From the NCBI RefSeq assembly GCF_041146345.1, contig NW_027191408.1, positions 1,302,001-1,366,000 on the forward strand: DNA of 64,000 bases, given 5' to 3'. This DNA comes from Neodothiora populina. Taxonomy: Eukaryota. The position numbers and the translations under genes are program-made. Shown here piece after piece: positions 1 to 11,725 of the stretch. Numbering within the stretch: position 1 is the stretch's first letter; each line of letters begins with the position of its first letter. The notes under the pieces are model-generated. The model searched no databases. It was not told where the DNA came from and saw nothing but the letters and a program-made list of their open reading frames with translations.

Positions 1-634
1 TTTCCCGGGCTGTACCGTAATGTTCCTTGTCGTCGGGCGGTTGATAGCTTGTAGGAAATGTATCCTGCCCATTCCTCACAGCGTGATCTACGCTTTCTGG
101 AGGAGGTGTCTCCTGCAACAGGGATCAGAATTTGCGGGTAAATTTCCTTAGCACGCATACTAATCTCTGTTTCTCCCTCCTGCGTCTCTGCGTGGTTCTG
201 CGCGATGCGTCCAGAGAGCATGAAAAGTTGAGAGAAATAAAACAAGAAAGTCAAACAGAGCTCATAGCACAATCAATTACCTCGGAATCAGCCGCGGCCA
301 GAATGGCACCCACGATACTATCATCGTCGCTATCACCCTGTCGATCCTCGCCCACACGACCTGCATCACCACCACCACTGAGTCTCTGCTTCGCCTTGGA
401 CTTGTGGGTCTGGCGATATCGCCTTTTGGCCTCTGCGAAATCAGCCTCAGTGTGGTATTTTCTAGGTCTGCCTCGTGGCTTTTTCACCGCAGATGATGAC
501 TCAGACGGTGGTTGCACAGCGTCGACATCGGATTTTCGAGGACGACCACGTTTACGGTTCGGTGTCGCCGTCGTCGTTAGCGTCGTCGTCGCTGGTGATT
601 CGTTACCTTCTGGTGATATTGCTGAGTCTGCCAT
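1..634 (-). CDS. AT-hook DNA-binding protein (partial, runs off the window start)
   Basis: ORF 634-251 has two AT-hook motifs (RKRGRPRK, KKPRGRPRK) followed by a basic helix. A GTAATT donor at 280 and CAG acceptor at 113 give an in-frame open exon 2 (ETPPPESVDH...) that runs to the window edge. Confidence 0.55.
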
Positions 635-1182
635 TTTTTTCCCGCAAGAAAAAAGAGAGACTTGGATGGAGATGAGAGGTGGGATCGGGACCTTGATAGA
701 AAAGGGAAAAACGGGGAGCGAGGTTTGTGTCGCCGGGGCTTGCTCCTACCCTCGATTAAAAAGGCAATAATTATTTCTTTATTTCTTTCTTGAGTTTATG
801 ATCGGGGAAAGTCCCTTTGTTGCACGTGATCGACATGATGTCATGCAACGATAACTTTCCGCAATCAGACTTACGGAATTTAGATTGCTCTAGATCCGAG
901 TGGAGATATGTTGTCTTTTTGTCCTGTTTGTTTTTTTGTTTTATCTTTGTCATTTGTTGCATTTACCACAGCGCCGGCCGTCCTTCCTTGAGAAAGCACG
1001 TGTTTTGTTCAAGCAGGCAAATCGATCTTGAAGGTCTGGATTGCCTTTTCTTTGGAAAGGCTTCTTCAGGTGCATGATCTGTTAGGACGAGAGAGGAGGG
1101 CACATCAAATGCCATGGATATGTTGTCTATACAACTCACTCGATGATTCTATTCGTAAGTTCCCAAGTGTGAACATGACCGT

Positions 1183-4100
1183 CTATGCTTTGCCCAGCTT
1201 CTTTTCAATCTCAGCAATCCTCTCTGCCTCTGCCGCCTCAAATTCTGCTCTCTTTCTCGTCTCTTCACGCTCAAGCTGATCAGGTCTTCTGATGGCGATG
1301 TCCTTTGGCCTGAAGTCACTGAAAGCATACTTGAGGACCTTTTCGATGACCCAGCAGCCAACGAAGTCTAAGATCATCATGCCAGTAAGTGTGACTTTAA
1401 AATCATAGGTGAATGGCACGAGCTTCAGTTGCTCGTTGATTTCGGGAACGAACTCAGTGGCGCAAGAAAAGGCAACACCGGCAACAAGAATGATGCCCCA
1501 GTACATGCCACGATTCTCCCTGATCGACTCGCGGAAGGGTCTGCCCTGGTAGTTGATGGCAAATGTGGAGATTTGCTGAATGAGCTGGAGCAGATAGATT
1601 GCCGAGTTCAGCAGAGAAGGCTCAAACTCGCCTTCAAGGTCGATTTCAGTCTTCTTTGGTTCAGTACGCTGGACATATTGCGAGATGTAGATCAAGGTAA
1701 CAATGTGGACAGCAAATTGGCCAAGGATTGAGCCGATGATGTAAGGATTGAAGATCTTTGGCTGAGGGCGCTCTTTCGACAACTCTTCGACAGGCTGTTG
1801 GAAAAATTAGCTAAGGTCAAGTAAACACAACAGGAAGCAACATACCTTTGCACGAGAAATGGACAGGAAGCAGACGCTCATGAGCATACCACTGATCGTG
1901 ACCTGCCCATCACCAAACTTAATACCATCGAGATAGAGGACACTCAGACTGTAGGCACTGATCAAACAATTGAGGGCCAAGATCTTGTACATCTGAATGG
2001 TGGCGACGAGAGTGCAACGTCCTTGACGGATGATGTTTGGAATGGCGATGACGTTGGACAGCTTGCTAGTGAACGGTGCCGCGACAGATGCATCACCGAG
2101 CTTGATAGTCGGAGGCTCATCGTCCGAGAGAGCGTCTTCCATCATTGACATGGACAACTTCTCGGCCATAGCACCAGCAGCATTCTGAGCTTTCTTCTTC
2201 TTCTCATCCGCCTCACTGGTTGCCTCGACAACAGCACCTTCATCTTTGGTTTCGGATGCAGCCTTGATCTCTTTGTACTGGTTAAGCGCCTTTAGCTGAT
2301 CGGGTGTCATCTTCTTGTTCGCGGCTTCACGTTCAATAGCCTTTTCATAGTGAGGGTTTGTGGGACCAGGAGGATAGAGGTGAGCAATATGAACAGGTAC
2401 AGGAGGCGAGGGCTGGTTGAAACGCTTCATGATGCCAACTTGTTTCTCATAGACCTCTTTCATCTTGGTTTCCCGGAAGTTGGTTGCAATTTTGTTCAGA
2501 TCATCCTGTGTGCCGTTGAGGAGGGCCACACCAATGTGGGCTTGCTTCAGAGCGCCCACATCGTTGGTGCCATCACCAGCCATGAGAGTGACATATCCAG
2601 CTTCCTTGAGGCCTAGTAAGATCTCTTCCTTCTGCTTGGGGGAGACACGAGCGTAAACCCAGGTGTGGCGCAGGAGTGAGGGCAATGCCTTTTGGTCCTT
2701 AAATTTGGCTAGAGCATAACCGGTCACACAGATGTCACAAGTGTTCAGGATGTCCTGGTCGAGATCGGCAGTTGGGTCAATGGGCTTGACGAACTTGTCG
2801 TCCACGCTTCTCCACACGAGTTGCTTGCCAGAATCGTCATTTTCAGGGGCGTCCATGATAAGAACCTCGCGATCGACGATCTCGACCTGCTTTGCGACAT
2901 GGACTGCGGTAAGAGGGTTGTCACCTGTAATCATGACGACACGGTGGCTACTCTCATTGAGCATGCGAACAGACTTGATGGCATCGTCCTTGAGAGGGCA
3001 TTGTAGGACTAGGAAACCGGCAAAGTTGAGATCACATTCAGCATCTTCGCGCTTCAGATCGTTGATCTTGCTTTGGCCAAGCTCGTCGGTGGAAGACATG
3101 TACTTGTAAGCAAGTGCAAGAACTCTAGCGCCGTTTCTGCTGAAGTATTTGAAGGTCTCTTCGTACTTGGGAGGGATGTCGACGAGCATTTTCCTGATGG
3201 TCTCGGGCGCACCCTTGACGCCAACGAAGGTAGCCCTGGTTTTCTTGCCAGACTCGCGACTGGACGTGATGACAGTGGCAACCGAGCTTTGACGCTTGAG
3301 GGCCGAAGAGAACTGGAACCTGCGCTTTATTTGAACCATGTCGGCCGTTCCAGAGCTGTGGGCCCTGGCGCCAGCACCAGTCTGAGGGCTAAGAGTGTCG
3401 TGAGCACCAAGCTTCCAGCCAAGCGACTTCAGCGTGGCCTTCTCCATGGGTTCTCCAACAATTTCTCCGTCATCGAGTTTGACAAGAGCGTGAGCGGTGG
3501 CGAGAACGAGAGTAGTCTGGACACCGGTCTCGTCGATCTTGATAAGACCACTCTGGGCGCCATCAGCCTCTACCTTGACGTTGGCGTTCTCGTGACCGAG
3601 AGAAAGACCAGCAACACCGTCAACGACCAGGTCCTCGCCGGTGAGAGTGCCGGTCTTGTCAAAACAGGCGATATCAACGCGACCAGCGAAAGGAATGCGG
3701 AAGGGTTCGGTACAGAAGATGGCGTACTTGCTGAGGGCGGCGAGGGAAGTGTTGACGGCAAGAGTGAGCTCCATAGGCAACTCAGGAGGCACAACGGAGG
3801 TGACGATGAGAACACAATCAAGCATGAGCTTGGAGCGCTTCCTGTCCCTAGCAACACCCTCCTTCCAGACGTACCAAGACGCGGCAATGGCGAAAACAGT
3901 GAGGAAAAGGATGAATAGAAGAGCCTCGACGTTGTTGCCAGACACACGTTCGGTGGAGTAGATCATGGTGCGCACAAGGCTACCCTGACTGGTCTCAAAC
4001 CCGGTCTTGATGACAACAGCCATGGCGCCCTTGTCAGGCGGGGGCGGGACACCAGAGGCAAGTTGAGATACGGTCTCGGGGGCATCTTCGGAGGCGGTGC

Positions 4101-5172
4101 TGTGGGCAACCTGGAGGACTTTGGTTCCACCATGGAGCAGTGCATTCTTGTCGAGACCCTCGGGGTCGATGTTGGCATCTGCTGGGCGAAGCTGAACAGA
4201 GTCTTTGAGCACAGGGGTGCTCTCTCCTGAAAGCATAGCCTCGTTGACGATAGCGGAACCCTCGACCAAAAGCATATCGCAAGCTACAGCACTGTCCTCC
4301 TTCGTCCTTCCTACGGAGACCAGGTCGCCAGGGAGAAGAGCATCACTCTGAAGCTCGATCCATTTCCTTTCACGATAGACCCAGATATCGTAGGGCTTGA
4401 TGCTCATGCCACGGAACTCCGTCAGAGTGCGTTGCCTCTGCCAGACGACAGTGCTCTCGAAGACGACCAACATGAAGAGAGTGAAAAGCGAGTAGTACCA
4501 GTATTCGTCGAGCATCCAGAGGCCGACACAGAAGATCTGGAATACGAAAAAGGGTGCAACAGCGTGTTCCTGAAAAAGCTCGGTGAACGAGGGGATGGGG
4601 ATGTCGAACGTGTTGCTGCCATAGTGCTGAGTGAGGCGCTCGATTTCCGAGGTAGAAGTGAGGCCTTGAGACTGCTGGTATTCCTGGAGAAGAGGCTTCG
4701 GTTCCTTGTCGAGAGAGTAGCTCAGCGGGGCGAAACTGTTGATCTCGGGAGTGTAGAGGAATCGCCGCTTCTGAAACAGGAAGGAAGTGACGAGTCTTCC
4801 GTTCAAGTTGTCTCTCTCGATCTTGCAGATATCGGCAGCGCCAGCATTCTCTGCCGGAATAACCTTGATCAATGTTGCATTCTCCACATTCTTAGCTTTG
4901 ACAGAGGTGAAGAGAGTGCGCAAGTTGATGTTCCAGAAAGTCGAGAGCCAGACGAGTGATTGAAGAGTCACAATACTTCCAGAATAGACAAAAGTCCACT
5001 CCTGGCCTCCAAAGTGCTGATCGTAACTTTCTTGGGGCAAGTAATACTTGAAGAATGCTGCCCATGCTATGACAAAAGGCCAGATATAGAGATGGAGGTA
5101 GAGTGGGAGAGGATTGTGGAGCGAGGCAGATTTGACCTGCGCATTGTCGACTAAGGGCGCCCTTTGCGACAT
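1183..5172 (-). CDS. SPF1: P5A-type ATPase (ER transmembrane helix dislocase), 2 exons, intron 1795-1845
   Basis: PPELP, DKTGT, TGDN and GDGTND motifs. Splicing joins ...SISRAK to PVEELSKERPQ in frame. Confidence 0.96.
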
Positions 5173-5685
5173 GTTAGTATGAAAACAGCCTGTGTGCTAG
5201 ATCAAGCTGCTTCTAGTGAGCAGGAAAGCATAGACATACATGATGGCGATGTGGTGTGAGAAGACTGCAACCAAAAAAGTTGGATACGTTGCAATCCAGT
5301 CGCCGCACGCTGCTTCTTTGGGACTTTGCCCCAGGAATGGAAGGCGCTGGACTCGGCGGGATCCTCCGCCATGGGCTGATAAGGTCGAGGTGCCGGTGGA
5401 GCGGTGTTGGCGGCGGAGCTCGTCCCGCCCATCGCTTGGCGGGATTCGCTGGTGGGGTGCGGCGGTGGTCCATAGCTCCGTCATGTTTTGACTCACCAAC
5501 TTTTTATGACGGCAAGGTAAGTGCATTCTCAGTTCACCGACCGTTGTTAATTGGACTTGTAATCTTGGAATCCTGATCTTCAGACCAAGTGAACATAATC
5601 TCTCAACATCATCGGTGAGCTTAGATCTGTGCAGCAGAGCAATCACTCCGCCTTCTTGAGCTCTCTGAGCCCCCACCACAGCAAC

Positions 5686-7845
5686 ATGTCCGACGCGCCG
5701 GTTGCCCCCCCCGGTGACGCGCCCCCCGCTGAGGGAGAGGAGCCAAAGATCTCCAAGGGCGCCGCTGCAAAGGCTGCTAAGAAGGCAGCCGCCAAAGCAG
5801 CCAAGGAAAAGGCGAAACTAGAAAATGCGGCCAAAGAAGCTGCTAACCCCAAACCCAAACAGCCCAAGGCCGCAGCTGCACCTGCCGCACCAGCAGACCC
5901 CAGTGCCAACTTCAAACAAGGATGGCTGAAGGGTGTCTACAACGAAAAGCCCGTCAAGGATGTCCAGACACGTTTCCCCCCAGAGCCCAATGGCTACCTG
6001 CACATTGGCCATGCAAAAGCCATCACCGTGAACTTCGGCTTTGCAAAAGCCTATGGAGGAAAGTGCAACCTGCGCTTCGACGACACCAACCCCGCCAAGG
6101 AGGAGGAGCGCTACTTCACCTCTATCAAAGACATGGTCAGCTGGCTAGGCTTCACTCCCAGCAAGATCACATACAGTAGTGACTGCTTCGACGACCTCTA
6201 TGCGCTTGCCGTGGAGCTCATCAGACGTGACAAGGCTTACGTCTGCCATTGCACTGCTGAGGAGGTCAAAGCTGGACGGGGAGGTCCCGATCATGGCCCT
6301 CGTTCAGTATGTAGCCACTGGAGCCGGCCAATCGACGAGTCACTCACTGGATTTCGTGCCATGCGTGACGGCAAGTACAAGCAGGGAGAAGCTGTTTTGA
6401 GAATGAAGCAGCTTCTCGCCACCAAGCCCGAGGAATATGAGATCAAGGAAGACGATTCTGCCGAAGCGAAGAAGGCCAAGTCGGAGCTCAAGAGTCTGGC
6501 AGAAAATCCTGCCATGTGGGATGTCGCAGCATATCGTGTCAAGGAGCAGAACTACCATCATCGAACAGGCAGCAAGTGGCGCATCTATCCCACCTATGAG
6601 TTTACGCATTGTCTGGTCGATAGCTTCGAGGGCATCACTCACTCGCTATGCACTGTCGAGTTCGAGACTCTCAGACCAGCCTATAACTGGCTGTTGGAGG
6701 CTCTCGACCACAAGATTCCGAAGTCGGATGAGAAAGGTCCCATGCAGCGAGAGTACGGCAGATTGAATGTCGAAGGAACCATTCTGTCCAAGCGCAGGAT
6801 TCAAATGCTCGCCGAGGGTTTCAAGGTCGGTGCAGCCAAGACGACTGCCGAGGACGAGGAGCTCGCAGATGCAACTGAAGAATTGCAACTCGCAGAGAGT
6901 GGCGAGCAGGAAGCCGCCGCAGATACAGCCACTTCCAAGCCAGTCTCGACGTCGGGTCCTCGAGATCTTCCCCCTGCCGTCCGTGGCTGGGATGACCCAC
7001 GTCTCTTCACACTCGTCGCTATACGCCGCCGCGGTGTGCCTCCTGGCGCTCTGAAGAAGTTTGTCCTCGACCTGGGTGTGACGAAAGCGAACGCAGATAC
7101 CAAGGGTCATATCCTTGACGCGTCGATCCGCACATATCTCGAGCGCACGGTCCCTCGCCTCATGCTTGTCCTGGATCCAATCAAGGTCATCATTGACAAT
7201 CTCCCCGTTGACTACCGCGAGGAAATCTCCGACATTGACTTCGATCCCAAAGATGCCTCCAAGGGAAAGCGCAATGTCGTCCTGACCAACACTATCTATA
7301 TTGACCGTGATGACTTCCGCGAGGTCGATGACCCTGACTTCTTCCGCCTCACTCCAGGAAAGCCTGTTGGACTTCTCTACGCAAAGCATCCTCTTGCCTG
7401 CAAGTCTTTCACCAAGGACGAGAACGGCAAAGTGAATGTCATTCATGCCGAGTACAGCGAGAGCGTCCCAGCTGGTAAGGCACGCATACACTGGGTCGCT
7501 GACGATCCCTCGACCGTCAGCGCCGAATGCCGTCTCTTCAATCCCTTATTCAAGAACCCGCGCCCGAACGAACTCGATTGGAAAAACGGTGGCTACTACG
7601 ACAACATCAACCCTGATTCGGAGATCATCTATTCCAACGCCAAGATTGAGGCGGGTTTCGAGGCTGTGCGCAAGAATGCACCTTGGCCAAAGGAGGAGGG
7701 CGAGGCGGAGGGTAATGTTGGACCTGAGGCCGTGCGCTTCCAAGGTCTGAGGACGGCATACTTCTGCATGGACAGAGACTCGAACGCCGACAAGGTGGTC
7801 CTCAACCGTATCGTCAGTTTGAAGGAAGATACTGGTAAGAAGTGA
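5686..7845 (+). CDS. GLN4: Glutaminyl-tRNA synthetase
   Basis: TRFPPEPNGYLHIGH (HIGH motif), RFDDTNP, YPTYEFTHC, LSKRR (KMSKS-like), GWDDPRL. First ATG at 5686. Divergent from SPF1. Confidence 0.95.
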   Translation: MSDAPVAPPGDAPPAEGEEPKISKGAAAKAAKKAAAKAAKEKAKLENAAKEAANPKPKQPKAAAAPAAPADPSANFKQGWLKGVYNEKPVKDVQTRFPPEPNGYLHIGHAKAITVNFGFAKAYGGKCNLRFDDTNPAKEEERYFTSIKDMVSWLGFTPSKITYSSDCFDDLYALAVELIRRDKAYVCHCTAEEVKAGRGGPDHGPRSVCSHWSRPIDESLTGFRAMRDGKYKQGEAVLRMKQLLATKPEEYEIKEDDSAEAKKAKSELKSLAENPAMWDVAAYRVKEQNYHHRTGSKWRIYPTYEFTHCLVDSFEGITHSLCTVEFETLRPAYNWLLEALDHKIPKSDEKGPMQREYGRLNVEGTILSKRRIQMLAEGFKVGAAKTTAEDEELADATEELQLAESGEQEAAADTATSKPVSTSGPRDLPPAVRGWDDPRLFTLVAIRRRGVPPGALKKFVLDLGVTKANADTKGHILDASIRTYLERTVPRLMLVLDPIKVIIDNLPVDYREEISDIDFDPKDASKGKRNVVLTNTIYIDRDDFREVDDPDFFRLTPGKPVGLLYAKHPLACKSFTKDENGKVNVIHAEYSESVPAGKARIHWVADDPSTVSAECRLFNPLFKNPRPNELDWKNGGYYDNINPDSEIIYSNAKIEAGFEAVRKNAPWPKEEGEAEGNVGPEAVRFQGLRTAYFCMDRDSNADKVVLNRIVSLKEDTGKK

Positions 7846-8509
7846 GGATCCCTATGACTGCTTGAAATCGAGCTAGCTCCTCTCGTTCGAATTGAGGCTT
7901 GATATTGGTCGTCCCGACAGTACCGTCGTGGACGGCGGGCGCACCAGACTCTGCGGAAACGATACCCATTTCCTTGACGGACAACAGTAGGCGCATGAGC
8001 GATGAAACATGATTAAGTTCCATAATCAACGGTGTTTTGTATAGAAGTACTCTTCTTAATGGTGGAATTTGACAAATACTTGATTTTAGCTTCGAGACGA
8101 TGCGCCGACTGAATTCGAGTGACCCTTGACACTAGTGAGTGACAATATCCTGTAGTGCCGAACAGCGATAACTGGAGGACCTTTTGACGAAGATGGAAAG
8201 AGCAGACCTGTAAGGTAGGTAGGTACTGTACCTTACTTGTAACAATATACATGACGTCTCTTGATCGAAGTTCTCTTCAGGTAAGTGAGAACGAGCCTGG
8301 TGACTTCCCAAACGGAAAATTGCCATCAACCGCCGTCCGCCAATCCCTTCACCTCATCTTTATCTACCAAAGTAGACAATTTCCAGTATTCTTCAACATT
8401 CTTGGTACGATCGCACATGAGTCTGGCTTACTATTTCCATTCACAAGTATCACTCCTTACCCCAAGATGAACCGCCCAATGTCAACATTCACTCTATCCC
8501 GCCGTCACA

Positions 8510-9778
8510 ATGCACCCAGTCCTGGAAGGCTCAGCTTCCTCTCGACATATTGCTGCGCTGATTCTGCCATACACTTACTTGGACACTGTTGTCAACATCA
8601 ATCTGGTCTTTGGCCGGGGATATATACATGTAGTCCTACCACAGCCATGGTGTGATGATCCTCTGCCCCCTGAAATGGACCGATTGGAGGTTAACCGCCT
8701 GCTTGGTTTCGAGCTCATTGCTCGGCATATCGATCGAGAAGATATCACGATAAAGTACATCATGCGGACATATGGATTCGGCATGCCAGAAGCTCGGCAA
8801 CGACGAGCGGGATCTGTGCGAAATATTGACCCGCAACGCCCCATGTCTCCTGAAGAATTTGACCCTAATACGGGGATGTGGCATAGTGCGAGCTTTCCAT
8901 TCGGGTTCTTCAGTCGCCCAAGCATTGCTCGACGCCATGGGGAATCACATCAGGATTATCTAGATCAGATGGCAAGTCGCATACAGGCGCGACAGGTGCA
9001 GAGGCCAGAGCGAGAGCCGCAATGTGTCGATGCACATGAAACAAGACCGAGAGCACCAGCAACGACAGCTGAAGCGCGACAATTGCAAGCTCGGCGGTTA
9101 CTATTCCGAAGCCGTAGCCATGACTCTGTCGACAAAAGACGAAATTCCAACGATATGGATCCAATTGTAACTCCAATGAATCAAAGCGGTTCCATAAGGA
9201 TCGGGGAGCCATGGGATTGGGTTACAGGACTTGATCTGTCCGGACCATTACCTGGTAGCCTGGCTTTCCAACAAGGCCTGTCCAAATCACCGAAGATCCC
9301 GGTGTCAGCAATACCCGACGGCACTCTGCCGAAAATGCCATTCAACTCAGTAACTCATCCCAGAACGTATATGGTCATATACAAGGCAATGAGGGATCGG
9401 CTTCGTGAACGGTCAGACTTTCTTGAGAAGCTGCAGGTATCTCATGATTGCTCGACAGTGGATTCAACATGGCCTGAAGGAGTCTTCCTCGATCACCAGC
9501 TCTCTGAAGCAATCACTCTTACTATCTCCAAGACGAGGGCAAAAATAGCTTCTGGTGACATCCGTGAAGATATCAACGACTTCCTTGAAGAGATTGAGTT
9601 TCTTCATGCAGCAGCCCGAACTGGACATGCTGTCCTCAGTAGACAAACATACGAAAAGAACGTCACTGAAGAAGACCCATGTTTGGAGAGTGACGTTCAA
9701 TCCTTGCTGATAGGAATGGTGGCGCCACTCGCAGATTTGCTCAAGTTGTCGAATGGGGATGAACGTGCCGATGACTAG
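8510..9778 (+). CDS. Hypothetical protein (422 aa, no recognisable domain)
   Basis: Long ATG-initiated ORF filling the space between GLN4 and the pirin gene; no motif recognised. Confidence 0.6.
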   Translation: MHPVLEGSASSRHIAALILPYTYLDTVVNINLVFGRGYIHVVLPQPWCDDPLPPEMDRLEVNRLLGFELIARHIDREDITIKYIMRTYGFGMPEARQRRAGSVRNIDPQRPMSPEEFDPNTGMWHSASFPFGFFSRPSIARRHGESHQDYLDQMASRIQARQVQRPEREPQCVDAHETRPRAPATTAEARQLQARRLLFRSRSHDSVDKRRNSNDMDPIVTPMNQSGSIRIGEPWDWVTGLDLSGPLPGSLAFQQGLSKSPKIPVSAIPDGTLPKMPFNSVTHPRTYMVIYKAMRDRLRERSDFLEKLQVSHDCSTVDSTWPEGVFLDHQLSEAITLTISKTRAKIASGDIREDINDFLEEIEFLHAAARTGHAVLSRQTYEKNVTEEDPCLESDVQSLLIGMVAPLADLLKLSNGDERADD

Positions 9779-9968
9779 GTAGTCGCTACCTCCCACTGTC
9801 ACTGCATCAAGATTTACAGCTTATCTACATCACAATGGCATGACTTCGATCTCTGCCAGAATCCTTGAAGCATTGGTCTGTGCGGGATATGTGGTCAGAG
9901 AGACTTCATTCACAGGAACAAGTCGCAGCTATATAAAGGTGAATATCAGGGTATCAAACAGAGAAGGC

Positions 9969-11006
9969 TCAGTTAGTGCCCATATCGAACAAAACAAACT
10001 CGGCGGGCTTGTCGCCAACGCTCTCGACTTCAATTTTACCAGGCCCCTCAGCACCGCGGACAAAGGCACCATCGCCTTCGCCAATAACGACATTGCCCAT
10101 CTTGATCTTCATTCCACCAGTCTTGGGCTGAGTCTTGCCAGTCATGACGACATGCAAGTAGATGTTCCGCTTGCCATCCTTGACAATCTCGTGCTCGACC
10201 TTGTGACCAGGCTCGAGAATGCTCGCGCTCATGCTAAGATCTGCATGTAGAGGAATTGGTTCGCCCTCTTCGTCCTTTCCGCTGTGTCTGCTGACGTCCT
10301 CCATGATTCTGCACAGCTTGTTTCGCTTCAATTCCTCTGGGAAGTTCCTCGTCTTGTAGCTTGGCTGCAGACCGCTCTTGTAGGGCTTGGCCCAAATCTG
10401 CAGGAAATGTGCATCCAGTTGCGGGTTTCTGTTGTATTCCGAGTGTCGAATGCCGGTTCCTGCGCTTGTGAATTGCACCTCGCCGCGCTTCAAGGTCTCG
10501 AGGTTGCCCATGGAATCCTTGTGCTCCATCTCGCCCTTGACGATGTAGGACCAGATGAGGAACTCGCGATGTGCGTGGGTACCAAAGCCGGTGCCTCGCT
10601 CTACGCGGTCCTCGTTGATGACGCGCAGAGGGCCAAAGGACTCGAACTCGGGTGAGTAGTAGTCGGCAAATGAAAAGGTGTGGAAGGTGTAGAGCCAGCC
10701 ATGATCAGCCACGCCACGGAGGTTCCAAGGCCGCTTCTGGACGCGGACATTGCTTCCCGAAGCGCTGGTCTCGTTGCTCATTATGGCGGTAGATGTTGCA
10801 GTGCTCATTGCAGCGCGTCTGACTGTCTGGGGCGCAGAATAAAAGACGCGTGAGACTGAAGCACGCAAGGGAGTCAAGAATGCCAGAGTGATTGCAAGGA
10901 GCGCTACAACGAAGGCAATAGATTTGTAGGAGGAGGTGGGAGCTGTGGGTCGTTGGATTGGTGCTGCAGTGTTTGCTGAGGGTGAAGAGGGGTTTTTGAA
11001 AGACAT
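9969..11006 (-). CDS. Pirin family (YhhW-like bicupin) protein with an N-terminal hydrophobic segment
   Basis: DHGWL.TFHTFSFADYY, FGPLRVINED, GFGTHAH, HKDSMGN, GTGIRHSEYN, FLQIW. First ATG at 11006 (the ORF-track start at 11033 is GTG). Confidence 0.9.
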   Translation of the reverse strand: MSFKNPSSPSANTAAPIQRPTAPTSSYKSIAFVVALLAITLAFLTPLRASVSRVFYSAPQTVRRAAMSTATSTAIMSNETSASGSNVRVQKRPWNLRGVADHGWLYTFHTFSFADYYSPEFESFGPLRVINEDRVERGTGFGTHAHREFLIWSYIVKGEMEHKDSMGNLETLKRGEVQFTSAGTGIRHSEYNRNPQLDAHFLQIWAKPYKSGLQPSYKTRNFPEELKRNKLCRIMEDVSRHSGKDEEGEPIPLHADLSMSASILEPGHKVEHEIVKDGKRNIYLHVVMTGKTQPKTGGMKIKMGNVVIGEGDGAFVRGAEGPGKIEVESVGDKPAEFVLFDMGTN

Positions 11007-11725
11007 GAAATCATGGAGAGGCCCGGATGACACGGAATACTTATAGCTACGACGACCTACGGCTAAGATAATAGCATTGACGGGTTTTGTTCTTTCTAGA
11101 AGGCCAGGGCTGGTGCTGACTGTGGCTAACGGGGGTCTTGATCAGATTCGAGGACATGAGGACGACATACGAGGACATTAACGGGCATCATCTCAGGTGT
11201 TCAGGGACTAGTGTCAGGTGCACAACCAATCATTGTCGAGCTGACTGCACTTACATCCCTTTAATTAATACTAATTCTCTGGGGCAGAAGCTAAGACGTC
11301 CACATTAGGAAACTACCATGAGTTTCTCCATCTTGAGGCTCCCTCCCTCACTGCGGGGCCGCCGATGATCTCATCACAGAGTTCAACACATCTTTTCGAT
11401 GTTTTGTGTTTACAGTCCACAGCTGCACGAAGTTGTATGATCTTGGTCATACTCACAATTGCAGAAATAGCGTTTCCCCGATTGCTGATATTCCTCATCC
11501 GTGTTGCCTCCATTCGTCAGCACGGTCTCGTTGACTCGACGTGGTTCTACAAACTAGAGACCCCACCATAGATGACAAGCCACCTTGAATCGTCCAGCAG
11601 ATCCAGCCTTGTCTATACAAGCATTTGTCATCAAAATTCAGACTCGCTGTACCATTGGGAAAATCATCCAGGCTTATCGTCTCTGTAACAGCATCGCTGG
11701 TTGAATTCATTGCCATCTTACCAAT

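Noticed and set aside
3073..3918. Long antisense ORFs (also 6646-7491, 37195-38007 and 4432-4959)
   Set aside because: They are shadows of codon-biased genes on the opposite strand and carry no independent motifs.
11495..11716. Small divergent 73-aa ORF
   Set aside because: Its ATG is only 10 bp from the methyltransferase ATG, leaving no room for a promoter, and it has no recognisable motif.
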